Below, one piece after another: positions 24,358-36,808 of a stretch of 64,000 nucleotides of DNA. The position numbers were made by a program, and so were the translations under genes. This stretch comes from Octopus vulgaris. Taxonomy: Eukaryota. The notes under the pieces are model-generated. The model saw only the letters and a list, made by a program, of their open reading frames with translations. It did no database searches and had not been told where the DNA came from. The DNA lies in NCBI GenBank assembly GCA_951406725.2, contig OX597820.1, positions 21,080,001 to 21,144,000 of the forward strand, in the 5' to 3' direction. The stretch's first letter is position 1. Each line of letters begins with the position of its first letter.

Positions 24358-24543
24358 GTAGTGACAGTCATGTTCCACAATTGACAACTGTAGTGAAATG
24401 GTCAGATTATCCTTTAAACACCCTCTGATGGGCTCCAGCAGGCTGGATCTTATGAACTATATTTTGACCAACCAGTATGTGGCTTAGATGTCACAGTTTG
24501 GTTCAAACTGTCTTTTGACCAGTCAGTATGTGGCTGTCACCAA

Positions 24544-24585
24544 ATGAACCTGAAGATTGTGTAATGCATGAAAGTATTAGTTTAT
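24544..24585 (+). ncRNA. Minimal hammerhead motif, degenerate stem II
   Basis: atgaac-CUGAAGA-ttgtgtaatgcat-GAAA-gtat-UA-gtttat. Confidence 0.6.
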
Positions 24586-24701
24586 TTCAATATTGTAAAA
24601 TTGTAAAAATTGTAAGTAGTAAAATGTGAAAATCAGATTAATTTGGAATTTCATTGATTAACATATTCTTTCATATGCAATCATACAAACTCAGATATAT
24701 A

Positions 24702-24740
<39 letters not shown>

Positions 24741-24821
24741 AAGGGTGAAAAGGAACACACGAGTTGATATATATGAAAAAACAAGTCAAAATAGAAAATG
24801 CTAAAATAATTTTATAAAGAA

Positions 24822-24869
24822 CATTTCAGTACCGGTTTCGGTCATTTTGAGACCTTTTCAACTGTAACG
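24822..24869 (-). ncRNA. Minimal hammerhead motif, U3:A8 core variant (mirror of 25157-25204)
   Basis: Reverse complement of 25157-25204. Confidence 0.65.
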
Positions 24870-25156
24870 ATTAAATAATTAAATTTAGAAAAATTAGAAG
24901 AAAAGTTTTTTAAAGGAATATTTGTATAGTAGTGTTCAAATATAAGTGGCATTCTGCCTTTCTCTGACTCCTTTGTTTGCACTTGTGTGTTCGAGGTCGA
25001 CCTCGAACACACCAACGACCTCGAACGACCTCGAACACACAAGTGCAAACAAGGGAGTCAGAGAAAGGCAGAATGCCACTTATATTTGAACACTACTATA
25101 CAAATATTCCTTTAAAAAAACTTTTCTTCTAATTTTTCTAAATTTAATTATTTAAT

Positions 25157-25204
25157 CGTTACAGTTGAAAAGGTCTCAAAATGACCGAAACCGGTACTGA
25201 AATG
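25157..25204 (+). ncRNA. Minimal hammerhead motif, U3:A8 core variant
   Basis: cgttacag-UUGAAAA-ggtc(tcaaaat)gacc-GAAA-ccgg-UA-ctgaaatg; perfect 4 bp stem II, palindromic stem III, stem I of 8 positions with one mismatch. Confidence 0.65.
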
Positions 25205-25793
25205 TTCTTTATAAAATTATTTTAGCATTTTCTATTTTGACTTGTTTTTTCATATATATATATATATATATATATGATGGAATATTATTCCAAACTTACA
25301 GGGAAAAATTCGATTTAGAAATAATAAATCAAATTTTACAAAATATAATTTATATATATATATATATAAATTAGAAAAAAAAACATCTTTTATCAATTCA
25401 ATAATGAAAAACTTAAATTATACCATTTAGAAAAATTACATCTTATAGAAAGATTAAATATAAGATAAAACATAGACCAATGATTATGTAAGGTGCAAAC
25501 TAATAAATAAAACGTATATATTTGGTAGAATAACTACATGTGTTTTGTGGCTAGAGCAAATAATTCAGGAGAAAATATTTACAAAGATATTATTGACTCT
25601 ATTATCATCAAGTATAACAATTAAAAATGATAATAGCAGAATCAATAATATAGGTGATTGCAGGCCTAAAAAAAGCACGTATATATATGGTAAATGAAGA
25701 CGGAAGATGGAATATACAAGAATTTATAACAATCACTGTGAAAGTGACCGTGCTTTACCAGTAAGCTACCAGGTGTAAACCATTCATTTTATT

Positions 25794-25829
<36 letters not shown>

Positions 25830-26189
25830 TATATAGATAGATAGATAGATAGATAGATAGAAATTTATACAATAGACTTCTTTTAGTCTCCATCTATCAA
25901 ATCCACTGACACGGTTTTAATCAGCCTAGGGTTACAGTAGAAGACACTTGCCTAAGGTGCTTTCATCTTATTAATCAAATTTCTCTTCATTAAATAAAAA
26001 AAATACTAAAGGAATAATCATAAGTGGTCGAAACATTTTAGAAAGTCTGTAATTGGTAATCATCTTATATTGTTATGCTAATCAGCCATGTATTAATTGG
26101 TACAGCAAAGATGAATGACAGTCTGTGATTAATTAATATCTTTATCCTACTTTAGGAGATTTAAAAATTTATACTTTGTCTTACACTTC

Positions 26190-26246
26190 GTCATCAGCCT
26201 TGTCATCATCATCATTGTTATCATCATGATTGCTGTCATTGTTGTC

Positions 26247-26277
<31 letters not shown>

Positions 26278-26303
26278 AAACTACCACTACCACCACCACC
26301 ACA

Positions 26304-26337
<34 letters not shown>

Positions 26338-26728
26338 TCATTATCATCACCATCATCACCATCATCACCACCATCATCATCATCATCATCATCACCATGA
26401 TCACCATGATCACCATCCTCCTCCTCCTCCCCCTCATCATCATCATAACCACCACCACCATCATCATCATCATCATTATCAACGTCGTCGTCGTCCTTGT
26501 CGTCAACATCTTCATCATCACCATCATTGTTGTCATCATCAGCAACATCATCATCTTTGAGATCATTATCATCATTATCGTTGTCTTCGTCATCGTCATC
26601 ATTGTTGCAGTTGTCTTCGCCATCATCACCACCACCACCACCACCACCACCACCACCACCACCACCACCACAACCACCACAACCACCACCACCACAACCA
26701 CAACCACCACCATCACCACCACCACCAT
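26190..26728. repeat. Compound (CAT/CAC/CGT)n microsatellite
   Basis: Direct reading. Confidence 0.95.
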
Positions 26729-26769
26729 GCTACGTCGATGAATTATTATTTTTTTGCGTAATACTTGAA

Positions 26770-27135
26770 TTTATTGGCCAGGTCTTCACTAGAACAGCAC
26801 TTTGTCACTTGTCACAGTCCTCTGCCATCTCATTAACGAGGATTCAGTCTCTTGATAATCAGCATTCACCACTTCCTCATGCATCCTCTTCTACATGTTC
26901 CTTCCACTTGAAGCACTTGGCATTTCTCTCTCTAAATGTCATCCTCCATATGCATTGCCTGCCTGTCTCTACCAACACAATTTATGCTCTTGCACACTAC
27001 ATCAGATTTCTCTTTTACCCAACATTTCACTCGGCTTTTTCGTTCTCTGTTGTTCAATCACACTAACACTACACATCTTGTGAACCGTGCTTGCCTCATA
27101 TCCTTCCAGCATTTACACGTCCTCTGCATTAGTAA
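26770..27135 (-). mobile_element. Highly decayed RTE LINE ORF C-terminus
   Basis: Minus strand: ...MLEGYEASTVHKMCSVSV...CSVQEHKLCW...EKCQVLQVEGTCRRG, related to the VEGACG.GRPRKTW fragment at 28380-28430. Confidence 0.6.
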
Positions 27136-27143
27136 CAATGTCT

Positions 27144-27174
<31 letters not shown>

Positions 27175-27419
27175 CGTTCAAGAATTTGGATCTGGGGATC
27201 TCCATTTCAAGCGACTTCGAGGGCCACCTCCCAGTGGTGTCGGGCGTCAACGAAGAGCCCTCGACTACAACAAGACGACCCAAGTTTTTTTTCTTCTTCC
27301 AAGGTCTGGGGTCACCTGCCCCTAAGCCCTAGACCATCACCTAATCACCCTTACCCGTCTTGTTGCTTAACAACAACAACAACAACAACAAACAGCAGCA
27401 GCAGCGGCAGCATCACCAT

Positions 27420-28430
27420 CATCATCATCACCGTCTAACATCCACTTTCCATGCTGGCATTGGTTGGATGGTTTGACTGAGGACTGGCAAGCCAGGAGGC
27501 CACACCAGGCTCCAATCTGATCTGGCAATGTTTCTTATTTCTTTACTACCCACAAGGGGCTACACACAGAGAGGGCAAATAAGGAGAGACAAATGGATTA
27601 AGTCGATTATATCGACCCCAGTGCGTAACTGGTACTTATTTAATTGACCCCAAAAGGATGAAAGGCAAAGTCAACTTCGTCAGAATTTGAACTCAGAACG
27701 TAACGGCAGACGAAATACCTATTTCCTATTTCTTTACTACCCACAAGGGGCTAAACACAGAGGGGACAAACAAGGACAGGCAAACGGATTAAGTCGATTA
27801 CATCAACCCCAGTGCATAACTGGTACTTATTTAATCGACCCCGAAAGGATGAAAAGCAAAGTCGACCTCAGTGGAATTTGAACTCAGAACGTAATAACAG
27901 ACGAAATACCGCTAAGCATCTCGCCTGGTGTGCTAACGTTTTTGCCAGCTCACCACCTTTGCTAATGTTTCTGCCAGCTCGCCACCTGGCAGTGTTTTTT
28001 CCTAATGCCAACCACCTCAAGAGTGTAGTGGGTGCTTTTTACGTGCCACCAGTACAGAAGCCACTCTGACGGCGCTGGCATCAGCAATGCTCAAATAGGG
28101 ATTTTTATGTGCCACCAGCATGGGTGCCAGTTAGGCAGCACTGGCATTGGTGATGACAGCGATTTCACTTGACTCAACAGGTCTTCTCAAGTACAGTTCA
28201 TTGCCCAATGATTGAAGGGCACTTTTAAATGGGCCGGTTATGCAACACTGGCATCAGTCACAGCTACGATCTCACTTTGTTTGTTGGGTCTTCTCAAGCA
28301 CAGCATATCTCCAAAGGTCTTGGTCACTTGTCATTCCCTCTGTGAGGCTCAACATTCGAAGGTCATGCTTCACCGCCTCATTCCAGGTCTTCCTGGGTCT
28401 ACCTCATCCACAGGCTCCCTCCACTGTTAG
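27420..28430 (-). mobile_element. RTE LINE 3' fragment interrupted by a SINE C multimer
   Basis: Minus strand: LTVEGACG*GRPRKTWNEAVKHDLRMLSLTEGMTSDQDLWRYAVLEKTQQTK*, then the UTR. This shows the GAT-tailed repeats are truncated LINEs rather than SINEs. Confidence 0.85.
27535..27985 (-). mobile_element. SINE family C dimer
   Basis: Two units joined at acgaaatacc|tatttc. Confidence 0.85.
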
Positions 28431-28542
28431 TCTCACAACTATATAATATTTACGTTTCATCACCTCATCCCAGGTCTTCCTGGGTCTACCTCATCCACAG
28501 GTTCCCTCCACAGTTAGTCTCACAACTATATAATATTTCACT
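28369..28542. repeat. 87 bp tandem duplication spanning the RTE truncation point and flank
   Basis: ttcacc(g/a)cctcat.ccaggtcttcctgggtctacctcatccacagg...gttagtctcacaactatataatattt occurs twice. Confidence 0.85.
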
Positions 28543-29002
28543 TCATAAACAAACACCATACACTGTGCCCTTTGGAGAAACAGAGAATCCCTTTGTTACC
28601 AGTTCCCTAAAGTTATTCATCTCCACAATCACTCTGTTGTTATGGTTACTGAAAACCTCTACTTATCTATACGACTGAATAACTCTTTTGTTACTTTATT
28701 TCTTCTGTTGAAACACAGTTTTTGCTTCAGTTAATTTAATAAATAATGAGGAATTTAGTAAAATAACATTGTTGGTAGCAGAACTATTAGCACAATGGAC
28801 TAAAATATTTTGTGGAATTTTGTCCATTTTTATGCTCTCAGTTCAAATTCTGCTGAGGCTGGCTTTGCCTTTCATCCATTTAGGGTCTGTATAATAAGAA
28901 CCAGTTAAGCACTGGGACCAATGTAATCAACAAGCACCCTCTCACCAAAATTTCAGGCCTTGATCTATAATAGAAAGGTTTATTAAACAGATGCCTAGAA
29001 TA

Positions 29003-29176
29003 TATTGGGTTGTCTGAAAAGTTCATGCCGATTTATAGTAGCTTACCTTTCGACTTATTTTAGAACATGGTTGAGTCCATGAAATAGGATTTGACTACAC
29101 CTCCATTTTGGGCACAGTTTAAGCTATCTTTTTGTGGAAGAAGGTTTATGTTCCTATAACCTGTGTTAATTTTGTA
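29003..29176 (+). mobile_element. Mariner 5' end (left TIR plus 5' UTR), same family as 53501-54061
   Basis: tattgggttgtctgaaaagttcatgccgattt...; colinear with 53501-53670. Confidence 0.85.
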
Positions 29177-29179
29177 GTG

Positions 29180-29620
29180 ACGGGTGAAATACCGCTAAGC
29201 ATTTCATCCCATGTGCTAATAATTCTTTTCTACTTGAGGCACAAGGCCCAAAATTTTGGAGCAGGGGGCCCAGTTGATTAGATCGACTCCAGTATGCAGC
29301 TGGTACCTAATTAATTGACCCTGAATGGATGAACAGCAAAGTTAACCTCGGCAGAATTTGAACTCAGAACATAATAGCAGATGAAATACCTATTTCTTTA
29401 CTACCCACAAGGGGCTAAACACAGAGAGGACAAACAAGGACAGACAAATGGATTAAGTCGATTATATCGACCCCAGTGCATAACTGGTACTTATTTAATC
29501 GACCCCAAAAGGATGAAAGGCAAAGTCGACCTTGGCGGAATTTGAACTCAGAATGTAGCGGCAGACGAAATACTGCTAAGCATTTCGTCCAGCATGCTAA
29601 CGTTTCTGCCAGGTCACCAC
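29180..29620 (-). mobile_element. SINE family C cluster/dimer
   Basis: Junction gatgaaatacc|tatttcttt at about 29390. Confidence 0.8.
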
Positions 29621-29625
29621 CTTAT

Positions 29626-30028
29626 ATACTCTTTTACTCTTTTACTTGTTTCAGTCATCTGACTGTGGCCTTGCTGGAGCACTGCCTTTAGTCGAGCAAA
29701 TCAATGCCAGGACTTATTTTTTGTAGGCCTTGTACTTATTCTATCGGTCTCTTTTGCCAAACCACTAATGTTACGGAGATGTAAACACACCAGCATCGGT
29801 TGTCAAGTGATGATGGGTGGACAAACACAGACACACAAATATACACATACATACAAATATATACGACAGGTTTCTTTCAGTTTCTGTCCACCAAATCCAC
29901 TGACAAGGCTTTGGTCGGCCTGAGGCTATAGCAGAAGACACTTGCCCAAGGTGTCACACAGTGGGACTGAACCTGGAACCATGTGGTTCGTAATCAAGCT
30001 ACTTACCACACAGCCACTCATACGCCTA
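29626..30028 (-). mobile_element. SINE family A, full length
   Basis: Reverse complement of the reference copy. Confidence 0.9.
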
Positions 30029-30409
30029 TTATATACACACATATTTATAACAGGCATCTTACAGTTTCCAGTCTAACAAATCCATTCGCAATATCTTTTA
30101 ATTTTTTTTTAAAGGAAAAGACATGCTTATATATTTGATTAATAAATAATAGTAATTAGGTTAATAGAACAGCACTGAGTACACAGTTTTCACACAACAT
30201 ACAAAGGAGAAATTCAACCTATTACATACATTCTCTTTTCTCCCTCCCCTTCCTCTCCCTCTCTCTCTCTCTCTTTTCCCCTCTCATCATCTCTCTTTTT
30301 TTGTCTGCTACTTATCAACCATTTCCAAATTTGTAACAGGAATGTACTTTTAGGATATAAAGGGACAGATAAGGGGGGAGTTGTAATGTTCAGGCCTTTC
30401 CTAAGTCTT

Positions 30410-30646
30410 TCTTTCTTTTACTAGTTTCAGTCATTTGACTGTGGCCATGCTGGAGCACCGCCTCTAGTCGAGCAAATCGACCCCAGGACTTATTCTTTGT
30501 AAGCCTAGTATTTATTCTATTGGTCTCTTTTACCAAACTGTTAAGTTACGTGGACATAAACACACCAGCATCGGTTGTCAAGCAATGTTGGGGGGACAAA
30601 CACAGACACACAAACACATACACACACACATACATACATATATATG

Positions 30647-30718
<72 letters not shown>

Positions 30719-30893
30719 TATACATATATACGATAGGCTTTTTTCAGTTTCCATCTACCAAATCCACTCACAAGAATTTGGTCAGCCCGAGCCTATAGTA
30801 GAAGACACTTGGCCAAGGTGCCACACAGTGGGACTGAACCCAAAACCATGTGGCTCATAAGCAAGCTACTTACCACACAGCCACTCCTACGCC
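30410..30893 (-). mobile_element. SINE family A, full length, expanded internal (TA)n
   Basis: Reverse complement of the reference copy. Confidence 0.9.
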
Positions 30894-31488
30894 TTTTAGC
30901 TATTATTTTTTACTTGTTCCACTCATTGGACTGCGACCAGGCTGGAGCACTGCCTAGTGGGGGGGGGGGGGAGCAGTTTAGTCAAGCAAATCAACCACAG
31001 TATCTATAACTTTTTTTTTTTGCTTTGTTTTAAGCCTGGTACTTACTCTATCAGTCTCTTTTGCTGAATGGCTTGGTTACAGGGATGTAAACAAACCGAC
31101 ACCGGTTGTCAAGCAATAGTGGAGGACAAACACAATCACACAGACGCACATATACATATATACTTACACATGAAGAAACCGACTCATCCCTGTAACGTAA
31201 CAGTTCAGCAAAAGAGACTGATAGAGTAAGTGCCAGGCTTAAAACAAAGCAAAAAAAAAAAATAACATACAAAAATATATAGGTGCAGGCATACTGTGTG
31301 GTAAGAAACTTGCTTACCAACCACATGGTTCCTGGTTCAGTCTCACAGTGTGGCACCTTGAGTAAGTATCTTCTACTATAGCCTCAGGCTGGTCAAAGCC
31401 TTGTAAGTGAAACTGAATGAAGCCTGTTGTATATATATATATATATATATATAGATAAGAAAGTTGGTTTGTGAAAGCACGTGATTTA

Positions 31489-31592
31489 ATATATAGAAAA
31501 TAGTAAAAAGTGAAAAAACTACAGAAGGCTTAAGAAAAAAAATATATTTTTTAACATTTAAGCCTTCTGTAGTTTTTTCACTTTTTACTATT

Positions 31593-31602
<10 letters not shown>
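31489..31602. repeat. Perfect hairpin (~45-50 bp arms) within (TA)n
   Basis: atagaaaatagtaaaaagtgaaaaaactacagaaggcttaa / ttaagccttctgtagttttttcactttttactattttctat. Confidence 0.92.
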
Positions 31603-31654
<52 letters not shown>

Positions 31655-32338
31655 TCATCATCGTTTAACATCCGCTTTCCATGCTGGCATGGGTTGGACA
31701 GCTTCACTGAGAACTGGCGAGTCAGATGGCTGCACCAGGCTCCAATCTTGAACTGGCAGAGTTTCTACAGCTTGATACAACTTCCTAACGCCAACCACTC
31801 CGAGAGTGTAGTAGGTGCTACAATAAAAGACACAACCCAAGAGCTGCACAGTGGAACAGAACCCTAAACTGTGTGGTTGTAGAGCAAGCTTCTTAACCAC
31901 ACAGCCATGCCTGAACCTATATCATATGAACATAATGAAAATAGAATCATCCCAAACAGAAATTCTAAGTCGTCAGCTGTAGATTATCAGGTGCTTTTTT
32001 CTTATCTGATCCATACACAGAGAGAAATGCAATAATACCATTAAAGAAGATACTCTATCCTACTTATTACCGTCTGTTTCACTCATTTGCTCCAAATCAC
32101 AAATTTAATGAGAATTTTTTGCTAGTAATGGAAAGTTTAATGACAAGAAACTGAAAAAAGCTGTTTAAAACGATGAAAAGTTCTCAGACTCAAATGCCAC
32201 TATGTTTAAATGTTAATCTAGGTTATTCATATAAAAATCTTGTGGGGTCTTGTTGATTTGTGGATAAAGCGTTGTCTTATTGGTTACTTCATGCCATGTA
32301 AGATTATGAATAGTGATAATATATATATATATTAATAT

Positions 32339-32384
<46 letters not shown>

Positions 32385-32870
32385 AATCATCATCATCATC
32401 ATCATCGTTTAATGTCCGCTTTCCATGCTAGCATGGGTTGGACGGTTCAACTGGGGTCTGGGAAGCCAGAAGGCTGCATCAGGCCCAGTCTGATCTGGCA
32501 GTGTTTCTACGGCTGGATGCCCTTCCTAACGCCAACCACTCCGTGAGTGTAGTGGGTGCTTTTTACGAGCCATCCGCACAGGTGTCAGACGGGGCTGGCA
32601 AACGGCCATGGACAGATGGTGCTTTTTACGTGCCACCGGCACGGGGGCCAGGCAAGGCTGGCAACGGCCACGTACGGATGGCGCTTTTTACGTGCCACTG
32701 GCACGGAGGCCAGTCGGGGCGGCGCTGGCAACGGCCACGATCGGATGGTTCGCTTACTTGTCACCGGCACTGGTATCACAGCTGCAACTTCTATTAATGT
32801 TGATCGACTTCGATTTTGGTTCTGCTTTCTGCTTTCTGATTTGATTTGATTTGATTTTGATTTTGATTTT
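32385..32870 (-). mobile_element. RTE LINE 3' UTR copy with tandem subrepeats
   Basis: Reverse complement of 38790-39215. Confidence 0.85.
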
Positions 32871-32884
32871 TTGATATTCTTTTC

Positions 32885-33683
32885 TTCTTTTATTTGTTTC
32901 AGTCATTTGACTGCAGCCATACTGGAGCACCACCTTTAGTCAAACAAATCAACCCCAAGGCTTATTCTTTGTAAGCCTCGTACTTATTTAGTGGTCTCTT
33001 TTGTCGAACTGCTAAGTTACAGTGATGTAAACACACCAACATCGGTTGTCAAGCGATGGTGGGGGTACAAACACAAACTCACACACACACACACACACAT
33101 GACGGTCTTCTTTACAGTTTCTGTCTACCAAATCCACTCACAAGGTTTTAGTCAGCCCAAGGCAATAGTAGAAGACACTTGCCCAAAGTGTCATGCAGTG
33201 GGACTGAACCTTGAACGATATGGTTTGTAAGAAAGCTACTTACCACACAGCCGCTTCTGTGTATATATATATATATATCTTTACTCTTTACTCTTTTACT
33301 TGTTTCAGTCATTCGACTGCAGCCATGCTGGAGCACCACCTTTAGTCGAGCAAATCGACCCCGGGACTTATTCTTTGTAAGTCCAGTACTTATTCTATCG
33401 GTCTCTTTTGCCGAACCGCTAAGTGACAGGGACGTAAACACACCAGCATCGGTTGTCAAGCAATGCTAGGGGGACAAACACAGACACACACATACATATA
33501 TACATATACACATATATACGACAGGCTTCTTTCAGTTTCCGTCTACCAAATCCACTCACAAGGCATTGGTCGGCCTGGGGCTTTAGCAGAAGACACTTGC
33601 CCAAGATGCCACACAATGGAACTGAACCCGGAACCATGTGGTTGGTTAGCAAGCTACTTACCATACAGCCACTCCTGCGCCTA
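32885..33683 (-). mobile_element. Two tandem SINE family A copies
   Basis: 32885-33255 and 33280-33683. Confidence 0.88.
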
Positions 33684-33722
33684 TGTTGTTTTTTTTTATA
33701 CATATATATACATATACATACT

Positions 33723-33755
<33 letters not shown>

Positions 33756-34385
33756 CCCTACTCATGCCAGCATGGAAAACACTTGCTAAATGATGATGAT
33801 GATGATGCTGTGTGTGTGCATATGTATTAAAGCTGTAAACAATGTTACAATTATAAGCTCGATGAACATATTCTTAGATTCGCCATGACACTAGAACCTA
33901 TGTCTGTTTGTCCTTTTTATCAGAAGTTCCACAAACTGACAGGCACCATCCCTCAGCCACCCCACTACCACACCTCACCACACTAAAAATAGTGAAAAAT
34001 TTTAGCCAAACCCCCACCCCCCCCACCGCCACCACTGCCACATCTCTCAACTTTTTATTTATGGGAACACATAATAGAACGTACATCTCTAAAATTCTTC
34101 TAACGACTAACTGCGCTATAGTCTTGAATATTCTTTCTTTTTTTCTTTTTGTAGATTTTGATTTGTTTCGGTCATCAGACTGTGGCCAAGCTGGAGCACC
34201 ACTTCGAAGAATCTTTAGTTCAGTGAATTGATCTCAGTACTTATTATGTTTTGTTTTAAAACCTGGTACTTCTTCTGTCAGTCTCTTTTTGCTGACCTGC
34301 TAAGTTACAGGGATGTAAACGAACCAACACTGGTTTTCAAGCTGTTGTGAGGGACAAACACATGCACAAACTCACACAAAATGAT

Positions 34386-34444
<59 letters not shown>

Positions 34445-34525
34445 TATATGTATACACATATATTACATATATATATGTATACACATATATATTTATATAT
34501 TTATATATATATATATATCTATACA

Positions 34526-34870
34526 GTGAAGGTGCATGGCTCAGTGGTTAGAGCGTCGAGCTTACAATCGTGAGGTTGTGAGCTCGAATCCCGGACCGGG
34601 CTGCATGTTGTGTTCTTGAGCAAGGCACTTTATTTCACGTTGCTCCAGTTCACTCAGCTGTAGAAATGAGTTGCGATGTCATGGTGCCAAGCTGTATCGA
34701 CCTTTGTCTTTCTCTTGGATAACACTGGTGGCGTGGAGAGGGGAGGCTGGTATGCATGGGCGACTGCTGGTCTTCCATAAACAACCTTGCCCAGACTTGT
34801 GCTTAGGAGGGTAACTTTCTAGGTGCAATCCCATGGTCACTCATGACCGAAAGGGGTCTTTACCCCCTTT
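34526..34870 (+). mobile_element. SINE family B, full length, with 10 bp target-site duplication
   Basis: TSD tatctataca at 34516-34525 and 34871-34880. Confidence 0.9.
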
Positions 34871-35271
34871 TATCTATACATAAGTCCTGGGGAGGTGGGA
34901 TTGATTAGTTTGGCTAAAGGCGGTGCTCCAGCGTGGCCGCAGTCAAATGACAGAAACAAGTAAAAGAATAAAAGAATATAGAAAAAATTTTAGCGACAAA
35001 TTCTTACATGGACCTCCCTCTGCAAGGGTCATATGGATTCTGGCTGAGAACTATTGATTTAGACAAACTGATATAGATATAGAATTATTTGTGTAATGAA
35101 TGAAAAAGATTGTCATGTGTCTAGTTAATGTACTAAAGCTGAGGTTATATTTTATATTTCTTTCTCATGTTTATTATCAGATGAAAAGATCAAATCTCTA
35201 AGGACATTTCACATTCAATGTTTTGATTCACATATACTTGTTAAACTTGCATTACTAAAACTTATTATTAA

Positions 35272-36090
35272 GGGGGTAACGTGGTAGAATTGTTAACATG
35301 CTAGGCAAAATGCTTAGCGATATTTCATCTGTCTTTACGTTCTTGGGTTCAAATTCCGCCGAGGTTAACTTTGCCTTTCATCCTTTCGGGGTCGATAAAT
35401 TAAGTACTAGTTGCATACTAGGATCGATCTAATCGATTGGCTGCCTCCCGCCAAAATTTCGTGCCTTGTGCCTAGAGTAGAAAAGATAATTTTAAGGCAT
35501 AAAAGTGGCTGTGTTGTAAGTAGCTTGCTTACGAACTACATGGTTCCGGGTTCAGTCCCACTGTGTGGCACCTTAGGCAAGTGTCTTCTACTATAGCCTC
35601 GGGCCAAACAAAGCCTTGTGAGTGGATTTGGTAGATGGAAACTGAAAGAAGCCCATCGTATGCATATATATATATATGTATGTGTATGTGTATATGTTTG
35701 TGTGTCTGTGTTTATCCCCCCAACATCACTTGATATATATATATATATGAACCACATGGTTCAGTCCCACTGTGTGGCACCTTTGGCAAGTGTCTTCTAC
35801 AATAGCCTTCTGCCAGCCAAAACCTTGTGAGTGGATTTGGTAGGCGGAAACTGAAAGAAGCTAATCATATATCTACACACACACACACATACACATACAC
35901 ACACACACACATGTGTGTCTTTATGTCTGTGTTTGTCTACTTTTAGTTTCCGTCTACCAAATCCACTCACAAGGCTCTGGTTGACCTGTAGCTATAGCAG
36001 AAGGCACTTGCCCAAGTTGCCATGCAGTAGGACTGAACCCGGAACCATGTGGTTGGGATGCAAGCTTCTTGCCTTACAGCCATGCCGATA
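35272..36090. mobile_element. Cluster: SINE C followed by partial SINE A copies in both orientations
   Basis: C at 35272-35490; A heads at about 35495 (+), 35750 (+) and 35940-36085 (-). Confidence 0.8.
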
Positions 36091-36480
36091 TCAAAAGATA
36101 TCACATTTACTCACTAAAATAACCACCATACTAAATCAAACTGATAATCACGAATCTCAATGAAAGTAATTTAAGATCAAAGAGACGAACAAACAGGAGA
36201 TAAAAATGGAAACAATGATCATCAAAGCAGAAACCCTGATTCTCAATAAAAATGACAACAAAATGTAATGCCACTCGGGGTCTGTTTGAAGCAGTTTCTG
36301 AAAATTGGTCACCAGGATATTCATCCTATAATGATGGATGTCTCAAGCCTCTTGGCATCACATTAAGCATACAATCCATTTACCCAATCATTGTTGTCTC
36401 TTCTATTGCACAAAATCTAGAGGATACTTTCCATTAACATATGCTAATATGAGAGTGTGTGTGTGTGTATGTGTGCATGC

Positions 36481-36512
<32 letters not shown>

Positions 36513-36749
36513 GGAGCAATGAGAGTCAATGGCTCTCTTTTTACTCTTTTACTCATTTACTTGCTTCAGTCATTTGACTGCGGCCATGCTGGAGCACCAC
36601 CTACCAAATCCACCCACAAAATCCACTTACAAGGCTTTGTTTGGCCTGAGGCTATAGTAGAAGACACTTGCCCAAGGTGCATGCAGTGGGACTGAACCCA
36701 GAACCATGTGGTTCGTAAGCAAGCTACTTACCACACAGCCACTCCTATG

Positions 36750-36808
<59 letters not shown>

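Larger units (their letters stand above)
24240..24661. mobile_element. Fold-back element (~115 bp arms) with a hammerhead motif at the inner end of each arm; Penelope-like remnant
   Basis: ttaatcaaggaaattccaa...ttttacaatattgaaataaactagtactttcatg is mirrored by catgaaagtattagtttatttcaatattgtaaaa...ttggaatttcattgattaa. Confidence 0.75.
24767..25260. repeat. Near-perfect palindrome, ~235 bp arms, within (TA)n
   Basis: Left arm 24767-25000 is the reverse complement of 25027-25260; centre gtcgac plus repeated gacctcgaac. Confidence 0.95.

Noticed and set aside
26147-27066. Long Val/Met, Ile/Thr and Ser/Pro ORFs
   Set aside because: A (CAT/CAC)n microsatellite running into an antisense RTE remnant.
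36160-36330. Short hydrophobic minus-strand ORF (MNILVTNFQK..., ~55 aa)
   Set aside because: No recognisable domain or convincing splice context; the hydrophobicity follows from T-richness.
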